This document shows, one piece after another, positions 13,901 to 25,944 of a stretch of DNA of 64,000 bases (positions are counted from its first letter, which is position 1; each line of letters begins with the position of its first letter). The stretch comes from Cetorhinus maximus (taxonomy: Eukaryota): NCBI RefSeq assembly GCF_964194155.1, contig NC_135904.1, positions 21,824,001 through 21,888,000 of the forward strand, given 5' to 3'. The position numbers and the translations under genes were made by a program. The notes beneath the pieces are model-generated. The model had not been told where the DNA came from. It saw nothing but the letters and a program-made list of their open reading frames with translations, and did not search any database.

Positions 13901-15386
13901 CTGAGATTCTATAGACTCTGGAACAGTTCCTACAGATTGGAGGGTAGGTAATGTAACCCCACTATTTAAAAAGAGAGGCAGAGAGAAAACAGAATAATAG
14001 ACCAGTCAGCCTGACGCAGTAGTGGGGAAAATTCTAAAGTCCATTATAAAAGATTTAATAGCTGAGCACATGGAAAACAGTGGCAGAATTGGACAGAGTC
14101 AGCATGGATTTATGAAAGGGAAATCATGCTTGACAAATCTACTGGAATTTTTTGAGGATGTAACTAGTAGAGTTGATGAAGGATAGCCTGTGGATGTGGT
14201 TTATTTGGACTTTCAGGAGGCTTTTGACAAAGTCCTACATAAGAGATTGGCGTGTAAATTTAAAGCACATGGAATTGGCGGTAGTGTATTAAGATGGATA
14301 GGAAACTGGTTGGCAGACAGGAAACAAAGAATAGGAATCAACGGGTCTTTTTCCGAATGGCAGGCAGTGTCTAGTGGGGTACCGCAGGGATCGGTGCTGG
14401 GACCCCAGTTATTCACAATATATATTAATGATTTAGATGAGGGAATTAAATGTAATATCTCTAAATTTGCAGATGACACAAAGCTGTGTGGGAGGGTGAG
14501 TTGTGAGGAGGATGCAGAGATGCTTCAGTGTGATTTGGACAAGCTGAGTGAGTGGGCAAATGCATGGCGGATGCAGTATAATGTGGATAAATGTGAGGTT
14601 ATCCATTTTGGTAGCAAAAACAGGAAGGCAGATTATTATCTGAATGGCTATAAATTAAGAGGGGAATGTGCAACGAGACCTGGGTGTCCTTGTCCACCAG
14701 TCGCTGAAGGTAAGCATGCAGTTGCAGCAGGCAATAAAGAAGGCAAATGGTATGTTGGCCTTCATAGCCAGTGGATTCGAGTATAGTAACAGGGATGTCT
14801 TGCTGCAATTGTACAGGGCCTTGGTGAGACCACACCTGGAATATTGTGTGCAAATTTAGACTCCTTATCTGAGGAAGGATGTTCTTGCTATAGAGGGAGT
14901 GCAGCGAAGGTTTACCAGACTGATTCCTGGGATGGCGGGACTGACGTATGAGGAGATATTGAGTCGATTAGGATTATATTCACTGAAGTTCAGAAGAATG
15001 AGGGGGGATCTCATAGAAACCTATAAAATTCTAACAGGACTAGACAGGGTAGATGGAGGAAGGAGTTCCCAATGGTGGGGGAGTCCAGAACCAGGGGTCA
15101 CAGTCTGAGGATATGGGGTAGACCATTTGGAACTGAGATAAGGAGAAATTTCTTCACCCACAGAGTGGTGAGCCTGTGGAATTCGTTAGCACAGAAAGTA
15201 GTTGAGACCAAAACATTGTATGTTTTCAAGGAGTTAGATATAGCTGTTGGGGCGAAAGGGATCAAAGGGTATGGGGAGAAAGCAGGAGCAGGCTATTGAG
15301 TTGGATGATCAGCCATGTTCATAATGAATGGCGGAGCAGGCTCAAAGGGCCAAATGGCCTACTCCTGCTCCTAGTTTCTATGTTTC
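10922..15386 (+). mobile_element. Near full-length CR1-clade LINE, degenerate: ORF1 (Zn finger, leucine zipper, SGNH esterase) and ORF2 (APE endonuclease, RT)
   Basis: ORF1 ~11406-12352: CSSC...CGKC, LLEARVLELEQRL, VCCLPGARVKD, VVHIGTND. ORF2 fragments: GVVYRP, GDFN, SDHN, SGVPQGSVLGP, KFADDTK, LVRPHLEYC. 3' tail ctcctgctcct...tttctatgtttc. Several frameshifts and stops. Confidence 0.95.
10932..11084 (+). repeat. 49-bp tandem repeat (3 copies) in the CR1 5' UTR
   Basis: Unit gaggagagtgYgagaggaggactctgggacaggcagtcagcagcaccta starts at 10932, 10981 and 11030. Confidence 0.9.
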
Positions 15387-15539
15387 ATCAGCACCAAATT
15401 GAACCCATCCTGTTGGCATAGACTCTATAAACTTTACATCTCTTTTTCAAGGAGTCCTGAACTGGATGGATGATCTGGAACATAGAAGCACTGAGCTCCA
15501 GAGATGTCTGAACCCCAGTGATGTCTGAGCCATTGTAGC

Positions 15540-15646
15540 GCCCCAGCTTTGCGCCGGAAGTAAAGTCGCTGTCACCCGGAAGGACTGACCCCAGCAACTG
15601 GGTGCGCGTCCCTTAGCAACGGCCGGCCGCCCACCCGCCGGTAAAT
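15540..15646 (+). promoter_or_regulatory. DNAAF4 proximal promoter: ETS site and RFX X-box-like motif
   Basis: Short CpG-rich patch with CCGGAAGT (15554-15561) and GTCCCTTAGCAAC (15608-15620) just upstream of the ATG; RFX control of ciliary genes, including DYX1C1, is established. Confidence 0.65.
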
Positions 15647-15769
15647 ATGCCGCTGCTGGTCAGAGATTACACCTGGGATCAGACTGAAACTCAGTTGTTT
15701 ATAACGGTGCCACTGAAGGGGGTGAAGGCCGGGAAAGCGGATATCTTCTGCACAGAGGATTATTTAAAG
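15647..15769 (+). CDS. DNAAF4: DNAAF4/DYX1C1 (dynein axonemal assembly factor 4) coding exon 1, start of CS/p23 domain
   Basis: Translates MPLLVRDYTWDQTETQLFITVPLKGVKAGKADIFCTEDYLK, matching the human DYX1C1 N-terminus ([26 protein letters not shown]...FCTENYLK); donor AAG|gtgagg; 123 nt, phase 0. Confidence 0.96.
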
Positions 15770-16969
15770 GTGAGGGGTCGGCTTGTGTTCCTTGTTTGTA
15801 ATAATTTAAAGCTGAGGTGAGGGGCTGTCTGTACATCTGCCATTGGTCTATGGTCTTACATAACAATGTCAGCAAAGTGTAGGCTAACAGTTTCTTCTAT
15901 TACTAACAATTTTATTTTGTGCATCTGAAGTGGTTCAAAGTTTCAAATGTGAATTCGTATCAAAGGCTTTCTGAAAGTCTAAATATATGCTATCCACTGG
16001 ATAGCCTTCGTTCACTATTTTTCAAAAGTTATACTTCATTCATAAAGTACGTTGCATAACACAAAGTACAATCTCGTTCAATATCTGTCAATTATAGTAT
16101 GTGGCACTTTGAGATGTAGTAGACAAAAGTATGATGACAAAAATACATAAATAGCAGCGCTGATGTCTCCCTTTAAGATATGTAGGCTGGTGGAAAAGGG
16201 CAGCAGAATCCACTTCCTTTTTCAGCAGAAAGAACTCTCTCCTCATCTCCAGATAATATACACATATCCCTATTAATGCTGATTTTTTTAAGCGGGGCAC
16301 TAGAAAGTACACCAGAACCGACAGAATGATTCACTCTCCTTTGTAGAGGTTCGCAACCTTTGTTTGAATCTCCTCCTGATTTTACAGCCAAGATAAGGAA
16401 GTCATGTTTTAGGAACATTTTAAAGATGAAAACAGTGAAACTAGTGATGCATCATCAATATGTATGCCAACTTAAATATACCCTGAAAATGCTGCTTGCC
16501 CTGCTGCCACTGCATTCTTTATGGCATAAAAAAACTATCCTCCATCTGTGGGTTTCATACAGGCATCATTCTAGTCTGGTGCGGCCCAAAATTGGCCATT
16601 TTGTAAGATTAGAGTCTGTTACTGATCCACAAGGCAGTTGATACAATAATACCATTACTGTGACAATATCTTTATACTGTTAAAAGATCTAAGATGTTCA
16701 ACAGTTTGAATGTTCATGGTTGTAGATTGTGGGCCAACATTTGAATGTATTGTATCTATTAAAGTCACACATGAATGTGGCAGCGGGGGAACCCTTAAAA
16801 TATTATCCATCAACAAATAATTTAATGAAATTGCAGACATATTGGTACCCAAAATACATTCATGTTTTTAGTTTTTGTTAAACTAAAGAATTAATTCACT
16901 TTGTATAGTTTGGAATTGCAAATCTACATTTCACTCCAAATTTTGATTCTAAATGGATTATTTTAACAG

Positions 16970-17117
16970 GTGAACTTTCCTCCATTTCTGTTTGAGGTGG
17001 TGCTATTTGCTTCTATCGATGAGCCAAAAAGCTCAGCTAAAGTTGGCAATGGTGTTATCATCTTCGCCTTGCGTAAGAAAGAATCAGGAATGTGGGAGCA
17101 ACTTACAATAGTTGAAG
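16970..17117 (+). CDS. DNAAF4: DNAAF4 coding exon 2
   Basis: ttttaacag|[49 protein letters not shown]|gtgagg; 148 nt. Confidence 0.96.
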
Positions 17118-17283
17118 GTGAGGAAAGTGTTAGAGATTTTTGCTTTATGTTGATTCCAAGAGATGAAAATTTGACTGAAATGCGCTCACAACGCTGTTCA
17201 TGACAATTACTTTAAATCTTGTAGTCATGGCAAAATTAGTTTTGTCTTTGCATCATACAATCTCATTGACTTTTCTTTGATAG

Positions 17284-17417
17284 TTAGTAAGGAAACGTTG
17301 CAAAAGAAGAGGGAGAGTGCAATACTTGCCGCTCAAGAGAAGGCACAAAAAGCTGCAGAAGAAAAAGCAATTAAAAAACGAGAAAATAAGAAGTACTCAT
17401 TGGAAAAGATGATGAAG
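17284..17417 (+). CDS. DNAAF4: DNAAF4 coding exon 3
   Basis: tttgatag|(V)SKETLQKKRESAILAAQEKAQKAAEEKAIKKRENKKYSLEKMMK|gtaatt; 134 nt, phase consistent. Confidence 0.94.
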
Positions 17418-18401
17418 GTAATTGTTGTAAGAACTGTTAAATATTTAATTTTTCTTCTTGTGCACAAGATTATCTGTTTAAAATTAAGTTACTGACAGAG
17501 TAATTTGGTATAAAACCATTCATTGTCATAAAATTCAAACCATTATGTGCAACAAAGCTAAGTTATTAAAGACTTAAAAATGCAGTTCAAGATGGTCATA
17601 TGTGTAGTAGTATAGTAATTTAATAATTTCAGTAAAACAAGGCCATTCTCACATATACAGATTTCATGCATTTCCTGTGACATTCTTTTCCTGTCACGTG
17701 ACAACACTACAAGTTATAAATTTAAAACTGAGTGATGGTCATGGGAAATACTAGTTCAATCTCATGAATTAAAAGAATGTAAAATTGCATAGATAATCCA
17801 CTTAATCATTATGAGGCTTCTCTCATATTTGTACTATAAGGTTGTTGTATTAAATTACTTCAGCAAACCTACCAAAAATGAATACTAGAGCAATGATGAG
17901 ATGGATTCATTTATGATCGGGACAGTGGTGTAGTGGCATCGTGGGGAGGAAATTCCACTATTTTTATCTCGACAATCACAACCTCCACTCTGAATCTGAA
18001 CAGATTATCATTTCTTCTCTCCTCCACACAATATTTGCCATGCTCCAATAGCTTCCACTGTATAAAGCTATCTTCATTTCTCTATATCTGAACTATGCTT
18101 GCCGACACAGTTGGATTTTGATTTTCTATGCTAGTTACCAGCATTACACAAAGTACCAATGTAATTTTCACCTCTGCTTTCTCCACTAACATTGCAACGT
18201 GCCTCATTAGAGATGTAGACCAATCTTAAAGTGCTCCTAAACTTCACTGTGAAGCTAAGGTATATTTGGATATATAAAGTTCCCAGATGAAACTTTGATG
18301 AATGTGTGTTTTAGTTCAAGAGAAGGTTAGAAGCTATGGAAATTTGGTAGAAACATGACACACATGGTTAAGATTGATAAACTTACACTAAAACTGTACA
18401 G

Positions 18402-18660
18402 ATAGAGGAAGATAACAGAAAACAGATCGAAGAGATGAAAGAGCAAGAGCGAAGAAAAGCCACTGAAGAGTTGGAACAGTGGAAGCAGCGGAAGCATGAG
18501 GAAGAGGAACTAAAGAGAAATGAGGAACTAAAGAGAAAGGAGGAACTAAAGATTGCAAGGCAGAAGATTGAGGCAGAGAAAAGGAGGAGGATGAGGAAGG
18601 AAGAAAACAAAATACAGAATTTTGCCTCTCGAACTCCAGACAAGCATTCTGTTAAAGGAG
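18402..18660 (+). CDS. DNAAF4: DNAAF4 coding exon 4 (charged coiled coil)
   Basis: tgtacag|IEEDNRKQIEEMKEQERRKATEELEQWKQRK...HSVKG|gtaaac; 259 nt. Confidence 0.93.
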
Positions 18661-20318
18661 GTAAACCTATTTCAAATCCATGATTCAATTCCGAAGCAAT
18701 CTCACATTCCTAACCTGACAAATGAATGTGAAGTCTCTCCCTTCCAGAGAGGAACAAAATCAGCAAAAAAAAAATTAAAATAGTATTCATGCAAGTCATA
18801 AGAATATTAATAAAAGATGCAGTTTATGACATTAGACCAGATGGATTTCAGATTTATCATTCTATAGTAATTTTTCTCCCTTACTTTGGGTTCCCCCTCT
18901 CCTATGCTCTAACTCATTCTTGACCAAGAAAGTTTAGGATAGCCCCTGCTATATGGAACGATGTATCTAGATTGACAGAATGTTTACAGGTAGAGCCAGC
19001 ATGACTGTCTCCTGATTTCCTGGTAGTGGGAGAAGGTGGAGGGATGGGGTAACTTCTGTTTTATGCTTCCCTGCATGACTGAACATTGAATTTGATGGGA
19101 TGTGTGGGGCATGCTAATTGTAATTAAATGAGTAATCAGTAGTCAATCCCAAGAACATCTTTATTTTATGACATTACTTGCTGTATGTATAAAACAGGTG
19201 CTTCTAAGAATGCCTATTTCTTTCAGTCAGGTCGTTGTTTAAGTTGCATTGCTGTTTTTCTTAGCAACTGACTTCAACAAAGGAAAGACGATTTGCGAGA
19301 AGATGGGTTTTACCGACATGCCCAGGACAATAGCAACCTTGTGGTGTGTGTGAACTTGCAGCTGTAAGAAACCTTGTTGGCATAGTGCTTTATACTTGAC
19401 CCATTTAATATCCAACATGGGCAGCTCTGTGTTATAACAACAGGGCCCAGTGACTCAAAAGAAAATGAACATCCCTGTTCGTATACTAAGATCAGGGTTT
19501 GCAAATTTCCATGACTTCTCCCTTTATGGTGGTAGACCAAGTTTACAGTGAACAACAATAACAAATCCTGGCAATATAATCTATTAAGATATCATTACAT
19601 TAGTGTACTTACGCTGTTGATCTTGTGTAGCCCAAAAAAAAAAATTTCTCACTGGCTCAAGCAGTGTTTATCACCTCCACCCATGACACAGAAGAGTGGT
19701 GCTCTCCTCCAACAAGAGGCACCTTTCATTGTAGGACCTACAAAGCCTGCTCACTGAAAGAGCTAATTCTGTCCAGAACATATTTTGAATGAAAAAGAAT
19801 TAGTTTTTTAAGGATAACCAACAATCTTTAAGAGCTCTGGCACCATAAGTACTATGCCCACAAACTTGTTGCGTCACATCAAGCAGACGTAATATGCCAG
19901 GTGTGACATCCAAATATGAAAATTGGCTGACCTTGCATTATTGGGATTAGTCAACCTTGTGGCCTACAGGTGTAGGATATGTTTGGTACACAGTAGTCCC
20001 AGTGCCACCTTGACACGACCACATCATCAGCTCCAATATCTTCTGTTTAAGTAAAGTTAGTTAAGATGGATTAGCACTAACTCTCATTTTTCAGCATTCT
20101 ACTTGACAATAGATAGGTTCTATGGGTTGAAGTTCCTTGTTCTGTGCCTTCAACACAGGAGTCAGTTATTTCCTGATACATCTATAACAAGTAGAGATCA
20201 TATCACAATAAGTTTCCTTTTTCTCATATTTTAGTTCTATCTCTGCAAACAAAACGTGTAGTCATTTTTATACAGGAAAGTATTTAATAGTTAGATTCTA
20301 ACCATGGATTAATTGCAG

Positions 20319-20461
20319 GTACAACTGGCAATATATTTGCTGAAAACTCCAAGGAGAAAATCATCCCAGCTCCTCGTTCAGCTGGCAACATTCAGATACA
20401 CTTCACGCCACGAGTTTTTCCTACTGCATTAAGAGAATCTCTTGTTGCTGAGGAAGAAGAG
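20319..20461 (+). CDS. DNAAF4: DNAAF4 coding exon 5 (DYX domain)
   Basis: aattgcag|..[47 protein letters not shown]|gtaagg; 143 nt. Confidence 0.96.
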
Positions 20462-21149
20462 GTAAGGATTTTGTTAAAATGAATACGTTTCTTCAAACAC
20501 ATGCCATAATTAACTGAGATATTGTTATTTATACCTTGTTAATTCTGTTGATTTGGCAGCTCATGTAATTGGTTAAAATATCAACCTGGAGATGAATTTC
20601 AAATTGAATAAATTGAAAGGAGATCATGGTTGTTTCTTATTGATTTTTTGTAAAGCCTGTTGTTTGGAGAAGAAAAGAATAGGTAGAAGAAAATGAAGCA
20701 TCTCTGATTGGGAGTTGGGAATTAATACTGTTTCTGATTGATTCTTTTACAATTTGGTTACCTTTTTCTCCCCTTTGTAGATACTTATGCACTTACACAC
20801 ACTTCCCCATCCGCAGCATGAATAGGCAGATTGTTTTTGGGACTCTGCCAGTGCTAGTTTGTTATGGCTTGGAGGAGGTGTGCAGGAGTGCCATGATTAA
20901 ACTTACACTCAGACTTTTCTCTGATTCATTTCATGTCTCACTTTTCATCAATCGGTGGTCCAAGTAAATTCTGGAACTCACTGTGTGAGGAATCCTGAAT
21001 GTGATTCTCTGTGGTTCTGCTGGTCGATGTGCCGGTTGCTATATGTGCTTTTTGGTTTCATTTAGTCCTGTGCTTTTGTCATGCATATATTATGAGAGAA
21101 AACCTAGGATGCAATAAAACTTTACACTTAAAATGTTACTTACAGGTTT

Positions 21150-22140
21150 TTCTGAAAAAAGAGACATGATATCTAAGCTTTCCGTCTTGTATCCATCAGG
21201 GTAGCTCACAAGGAATTATCCAGTTGTAATGGGAGAACAACAATTTATACTTCATGAGAAGAGAGTGCTAATTGGTTGGCACATGGACTCTGATTGTTTG
21301 AAATGTTGCCTTGGAGAATGCAGCATGGAGCAGTTAGGTATTCGGCTTTGTTCAAATTCAAACTGGGCCAGTCGACTCTGGTCAAGGCATTGCCCTGGGG
21401 AATGAACCAGTGAATGATATTCCCTAAGCTTTTGTTTAGATGAACAAGGTGCAAAGTGTGTATTTGTTCCTTCAGTTTGCAAATGACAGGGCCCTGTGTG
21501 TGAATGTGTGTGGCTTCTCGCATGCGTAAGTGAGCCACACTGCGAACCTGACTGACAATCTTAAATTGGTTTTCAGTGTAGTTCTTAGCACAATCAAGAT
21601 TGTTTAACAGGTGTTGTACATTCACAGAATCACATCTAATGTTGGACACTATGTTTTGAGTTTTGCTAGCACGGGCTGGCAGGGTGTGTTCTGTACTTTG
21701 CCTGTTGCAAGCAGCTGAAGGAGCATGCTGTTTGATTCGGTCCAGGCCAATCTTTGGGATGTATGGCCTATATACCTGGCATCACACTGGCACTGAAATT
21801 CTTGTACTACATTGCACCTTTGTGTGATAGGCAGAACATTTTTTTGGCTTGACAGCAACATCTTGTTAGTGGAGAATATCACTTGCATTGCTACTGCATA
21901 GTAACAGCATGCAATGGCTAGCTTTACCCATTGCTCAAATTTATGAGACACCTCACCCTTCCGGGGTAATCTGAGGGAGACTAGGCACTCTTCAGGGCCA
22001 AAAGTGGCGGCCTTGGGTCCATTCATGCGTGATATACAGCAAGTGATGATCTGATCAGGGTAGCCATTATCCCGCAGGATGGCTTTGATGCGCACTATTT
22101 TGGCATCAAGCTTGCACGGTGAGCAAATGGCTTGGGCCCA
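21150..22140 (-). mobile_element. Penelope-like element fragment (RT thumb and GIY-YIG endonuclease, 3' terminus)
   Basis: IKAILRDNGYPD...LRLP...NVVQEFQCQCDARYIGHTSQRLA...QHLLNN...LRMREATHI are PLE RT-CTE and GIY-YIG motifs. Confidence 0.85.
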
Positions 22141-22146
22141 CTAAAA

Positions 22147-22480
22147 GGATGCTGCTGTCAAGCCAAAAAGATGTTCTACCTATCACACAAGTGAGCTATC
22201 CAGTGATGTGATGCCAGGTAAAAAGGCCATACATCCCAATGACTGGCAGATCGTATCAAACAGCATGTCCCTTCAGCTGTTCTTAACAGACAAAGTACTG
22301 ACTGTACCCAATTAGCCTGTGCTCGCAAAACTCAAATTGTCCAACATTAGATGTGATTCTGTGAGTGGACAACACCTGTTAAACAATCCTGATTGTGCTA
22401 AGAATTACACTGAAAACCAATTTAAGATTGCCAGTTGGGCTTGCAGTTTGGCTCACTTACGCATGCTAGAAGCTATATAT

Positions 22481-22515
<35 letters not shown>

Positions 22516-22860
22516 GCTGTCCTTTGCAGACAAAAGGAACATGTGCAAACTTTGCACTTTTTCATCTAAATAAAAGCTTAGGGAACAGTCATTACTTGAT
22601 GAATTCCCCAGGGCAATGCTTTGACCAATTACAGTCAACCTGCCTGTTTTGAATTTGAACAAAGCTGCTGCATTTCTCCATGGCAACGCCTCCCCAATCA
22701 GAGTCCACTTGCCAACCAATCAGCACTCTCTTCTCATGCAGTATAAATTGTTGTTCCCCCATTACAGTTGGGTAATTTCTTGCGAGCTATCCTGATGAGT
22801 GCAAGATGAAAAGCATAGCTTGCATGTCTCTTTTTTCAGCAATACTCAAGTTCTGTACTA
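22147..22860 (+). mobile_element. Inverted second Penelope-like fragment (GIY-YIG 3' part and terminal repeat)
   Basis: Reverse-complement homolog of ~21150-21860 (LSNIRCDSVSGQHLLNNPDCAKNYTENQFKI in both copies). Confidence 0.85.
22484..22512. repeat. (CA)n microsatellite; similar tracts at ~3-25 and ~4724-4745
   Basis: Direct inspection. Confidence 0.9.
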
Positions 22861-23010
22861 TTAAATGACTGCTTACAGTTTTGTTTCAGAATTTTTAGAA
22901 TATACATGCTGGGTTTATAAAGCAGTTCTGTACAATGATCTTACTTTGGAAATTTAAGATATCTTCTCTGTCATACCGCATGTGAACTAAGGTTCTTCAA
23001 TGGTTTACAG

Positions 23011-23120
23011 TGGTTAAGAAAACAGGCAGAAGCTAGACGAGCTAAAAATGCAAATATCCCTGATCTTAAAGACCTGAAAGAAGAGGAAAAAAATCCAGAC
23101 TGGCTGAAAGATAAAGGGAA
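23011..23120 (+). CDS. DNAAF4: DNAAF4 coding exon 6
   Basis: tttacag|[36 protein letters not shown]|gtaagt; 110 nt. Confidence 0.96.
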
Positions 23121-23189
23121 GTAAGTTTTGACATTTTAAATCATTAATTTTAATTTTAAAAGAACTTTTCACACCTCAATATCTCATCA

Positions 23190-24020
23190 GTAAAATGCAA
23201 GGAACAGCACCAACTGCTTTTGAGCTCACAAAAGCCTTGACTCTGTCAACAGTGAAGGCTTATTGAGTATCCTCCTCTAAACTTGGCTGCCCTCTGAAAT
23301 TTGTCGCCATCTTCCACCAGTTCCTTGATGACACAGAAGCTATGATCCTCGACAATGGAACCACCACAGATCAAACAAGGCTGTGTCATCACAGTAACCT
23401 CTTCTCCATTCTCCCCACTGCAATACTGCATGGGAAACTATTCAACCTATTGCCACCTTCAATTCCAAAATCAAAATCACTCCAACATTAGTCATTGAGC
23501 TCCATTATGTAGATGATGTTCGTGTGTGCACTTACTCAAAAATTGAGCTCCAGATCATTGTCGACTTCTTCTCTGAAGTGTATGAGAAGATCGGCCTTTC
23601 ACTGAATACCCAGAAAACTCAAGTCCTTTTCCAACCAGCACAATACTTCCCTCACCATTGATAAAGATCAGTGGTGAGATCCTGGACAATGTGGACCATT
23701 TCCATATCTGGGGAGCCTCCACACGACAAAGGCAGACATAGACAATGAAATTTATCATTGCCTCCAATGTGCCAGCTTGACCTTTGGAAATGAGTTTTCG
23801 ATGACCAGGATCTCAAGCCCAAGATTAAGGTCATGGTTTACCAGGCAGCAGTGATCCCCATGCTCCTATATGATTTAGAGTCTTGGACAACCTTCCGCAG
23901 GCACCTCAAAGTACTGGAGAAGTACCACCGAAGTACCACGAAGTTCCTTCGTAAGATCTTCCAAATCCAGTGGCAAGAAAGGCAGACCAACAGCAATGTC
24001 CTCTTCCAAGCCAACATTTT
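23190..24020 (+). mobile_element. RTE-clade LINE RT fragment, degenerate
   Basis: LTKA.DSVN, LGCP.KFV, KQGCVI, YVDD, FPYLGS, VYQAAVIPMLLYDLESWT.FRRHLKVLEKYH...LRKIFQIQWQERQTN.NVL. Confidence 0.75.
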
Positions 24021-24930
24021 TTATAAACTTATTCTTTTCACAGAATGTGAGCTTTGTTGGCTAGGCCAGTATTCATTGCCTATCCTTAATTGCCCTTGAG
24101 AAAGTGTTGATGAGCCCCCTTCTTGAATAGCCACAGTCCATGTCGTGTAGGCACCTCCAACAATGCAGCACTCCTCAGGACTGCACTGCTGTGTCAGCCT
24201 AGATTTAGTGCTCAAGACTCTGGAATAGGGCTTGATTGCACAGCACTCTGATTCAGAAATATTTCTTTTGTTTCTGAAATGTTTGTAGTAGTACAAACTG
24301 CTCAAGGAATCAGTCCTGAATTACTCAAAACATATACTGCTCTTCAGCTTTTCTTGTGTCATTTTTTCAATCTGCTTAATTGAAATCCCTTATGATTAAA
24401 TTCCAGCCTTTTTACAGGTTCCTTCTGTGATCTGTAAAAAATATTTTCCTTTTTATCTGCTATCCAGGTGGTTGGAACTAATTTTCCATTCAGAATTTGG
24501 GTACAGTACTACAATTAGTCTAAAAACAAAAAACTACTGCGGATGCTGGAAATCCAAAACATGCTGCCAGACCTGCTGAGTTTTTCCAGGTACAATTAGT
24601 CTAATTGTCTTTGGAAAAGGATGCATGAGTGGATGTTAGGTGATGGAAGAACATGTTCAAATAGTTTATTAACAGTGACTGCCTGGTCTCTTACATAAAG
24701 ATATGGCGCTTGGAAAACAGTGCAATGATTTGCTTATTAAATGTATCCTCTGAAAGACATTCTGGAACCTATCACATGATGTTGACTCCTAAACAATGAC
24801 TAACCGTAGTGAGAGATCTTGATTTATGGCAGTTAGCACTTTGCTAGCCTGTGAAGGTCTGATTAGCTTCTGTATAATAAACTTTAAATCAGGTTATTAT
24901 AGTTGTTCAAATATTATTTTCCTTTTTCAG

Positions 24931-25084
24931 TAAGCTGTTTGCATCAGGAGATTATCTTGCAGCTATTAATGCCTATAACCTGGGAATACAATTGAATAAT
25001 AAACTTCCAGTCTTGTATCTGAACCGGGCTGCAAGCCACCTTAAACTAAGAAATTTACACAAAGCCATTGAAGACTCCTCCAAG
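24931..25084 (+). CDS. DNAAF4: DNAAF4 coding exon 7 (TPR repeats)
   Basis: tttttcag|[51 protein letters not shown]|gttagt; 154 nt. Confidence 0.96.
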
Positions 25085-25838
25085 GTTAGTTCACATTCAG
25101 ATTAATTAGTTAACACTAATTAATTGATTAAGGCAAAAATTGACCATCGATAAAAGCAAAATACTGCGGATGCTGGAAATCTGGAATAAAAACAGAAAAT
25201 GCTGGAAACACTCAGCAGGTCTGGTAGCATCTGTGGACAGTTTTTTTTTCCAGCATTTTCTGTTTTTATTTATGATTATTAAAAATTAACCATAGTTTAG
25301 TTTATTTTTACATTGGGGCACCTACCTGTGTCAACTCAGTTTTTGAATAAGGGTCAGTCACAAAAATGAAGGCAATCCATAAACTTCCATCTGTTACAGA
25401 ACAATATGAAATAGTACCTTTATTATTGAGGTTGGTACACTTTGCTGTTTGATTATTTGTCCCATTTCTTATATCTTCTCTTTTGTGGAACACATCACCT
25501 CTTGACTCAGAGGATACACAGGCGACCAACTCTTTCCCTCATTTGTGCCAGTGCAACTCACTAAATTAAAGATGGCAAGAGCATCTAAGCCAAAATGACA
25601 GAGTTCTCTTTAAACACATGGATTAAATTCTAGTGATGTCACTGGGGCCTGATCTGCTATTTTAATCTGTGGGTTGAATTGGGGGAGCAGTGATTGCTAG
25701 GCTGGTACATGAAGCTTGAAATTACATCCCACCCTTAGAAAATTTATACATTTGGTTTTTGAAACATTAAAGGGAATCTAGCACTTTTGTATTATACCTT
25801 TTTATTTGTTTAAGTAACATGTTTATTCTTTCCTTTAG

Positions 25839-25944
25839 GCACTTGATTTGTTAACTCCTGCTGTTACAGACAATGCAAATAGCAGACTGAAGGCCCATAT
25901 TAGAAGAGGTGCAGCATTTTGTGAACTGGAACTATATGTGGAGG
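25839..25944 (+). CDS. DNAAF4: DNAAF4 coding exon 8 (TPR)
   Basis: cctttag|[35 protein letters not shown]|gtaagg; 106 nt. Confidence 0.96.

Noticed and set aside
8981-15391. CATCAG at both outer ends of the two CR1 copies as the TSD of a composite element
   Set aside because: The short match overlaps the element tails and there is unique sequence between the copies; two independent insertions are simpler
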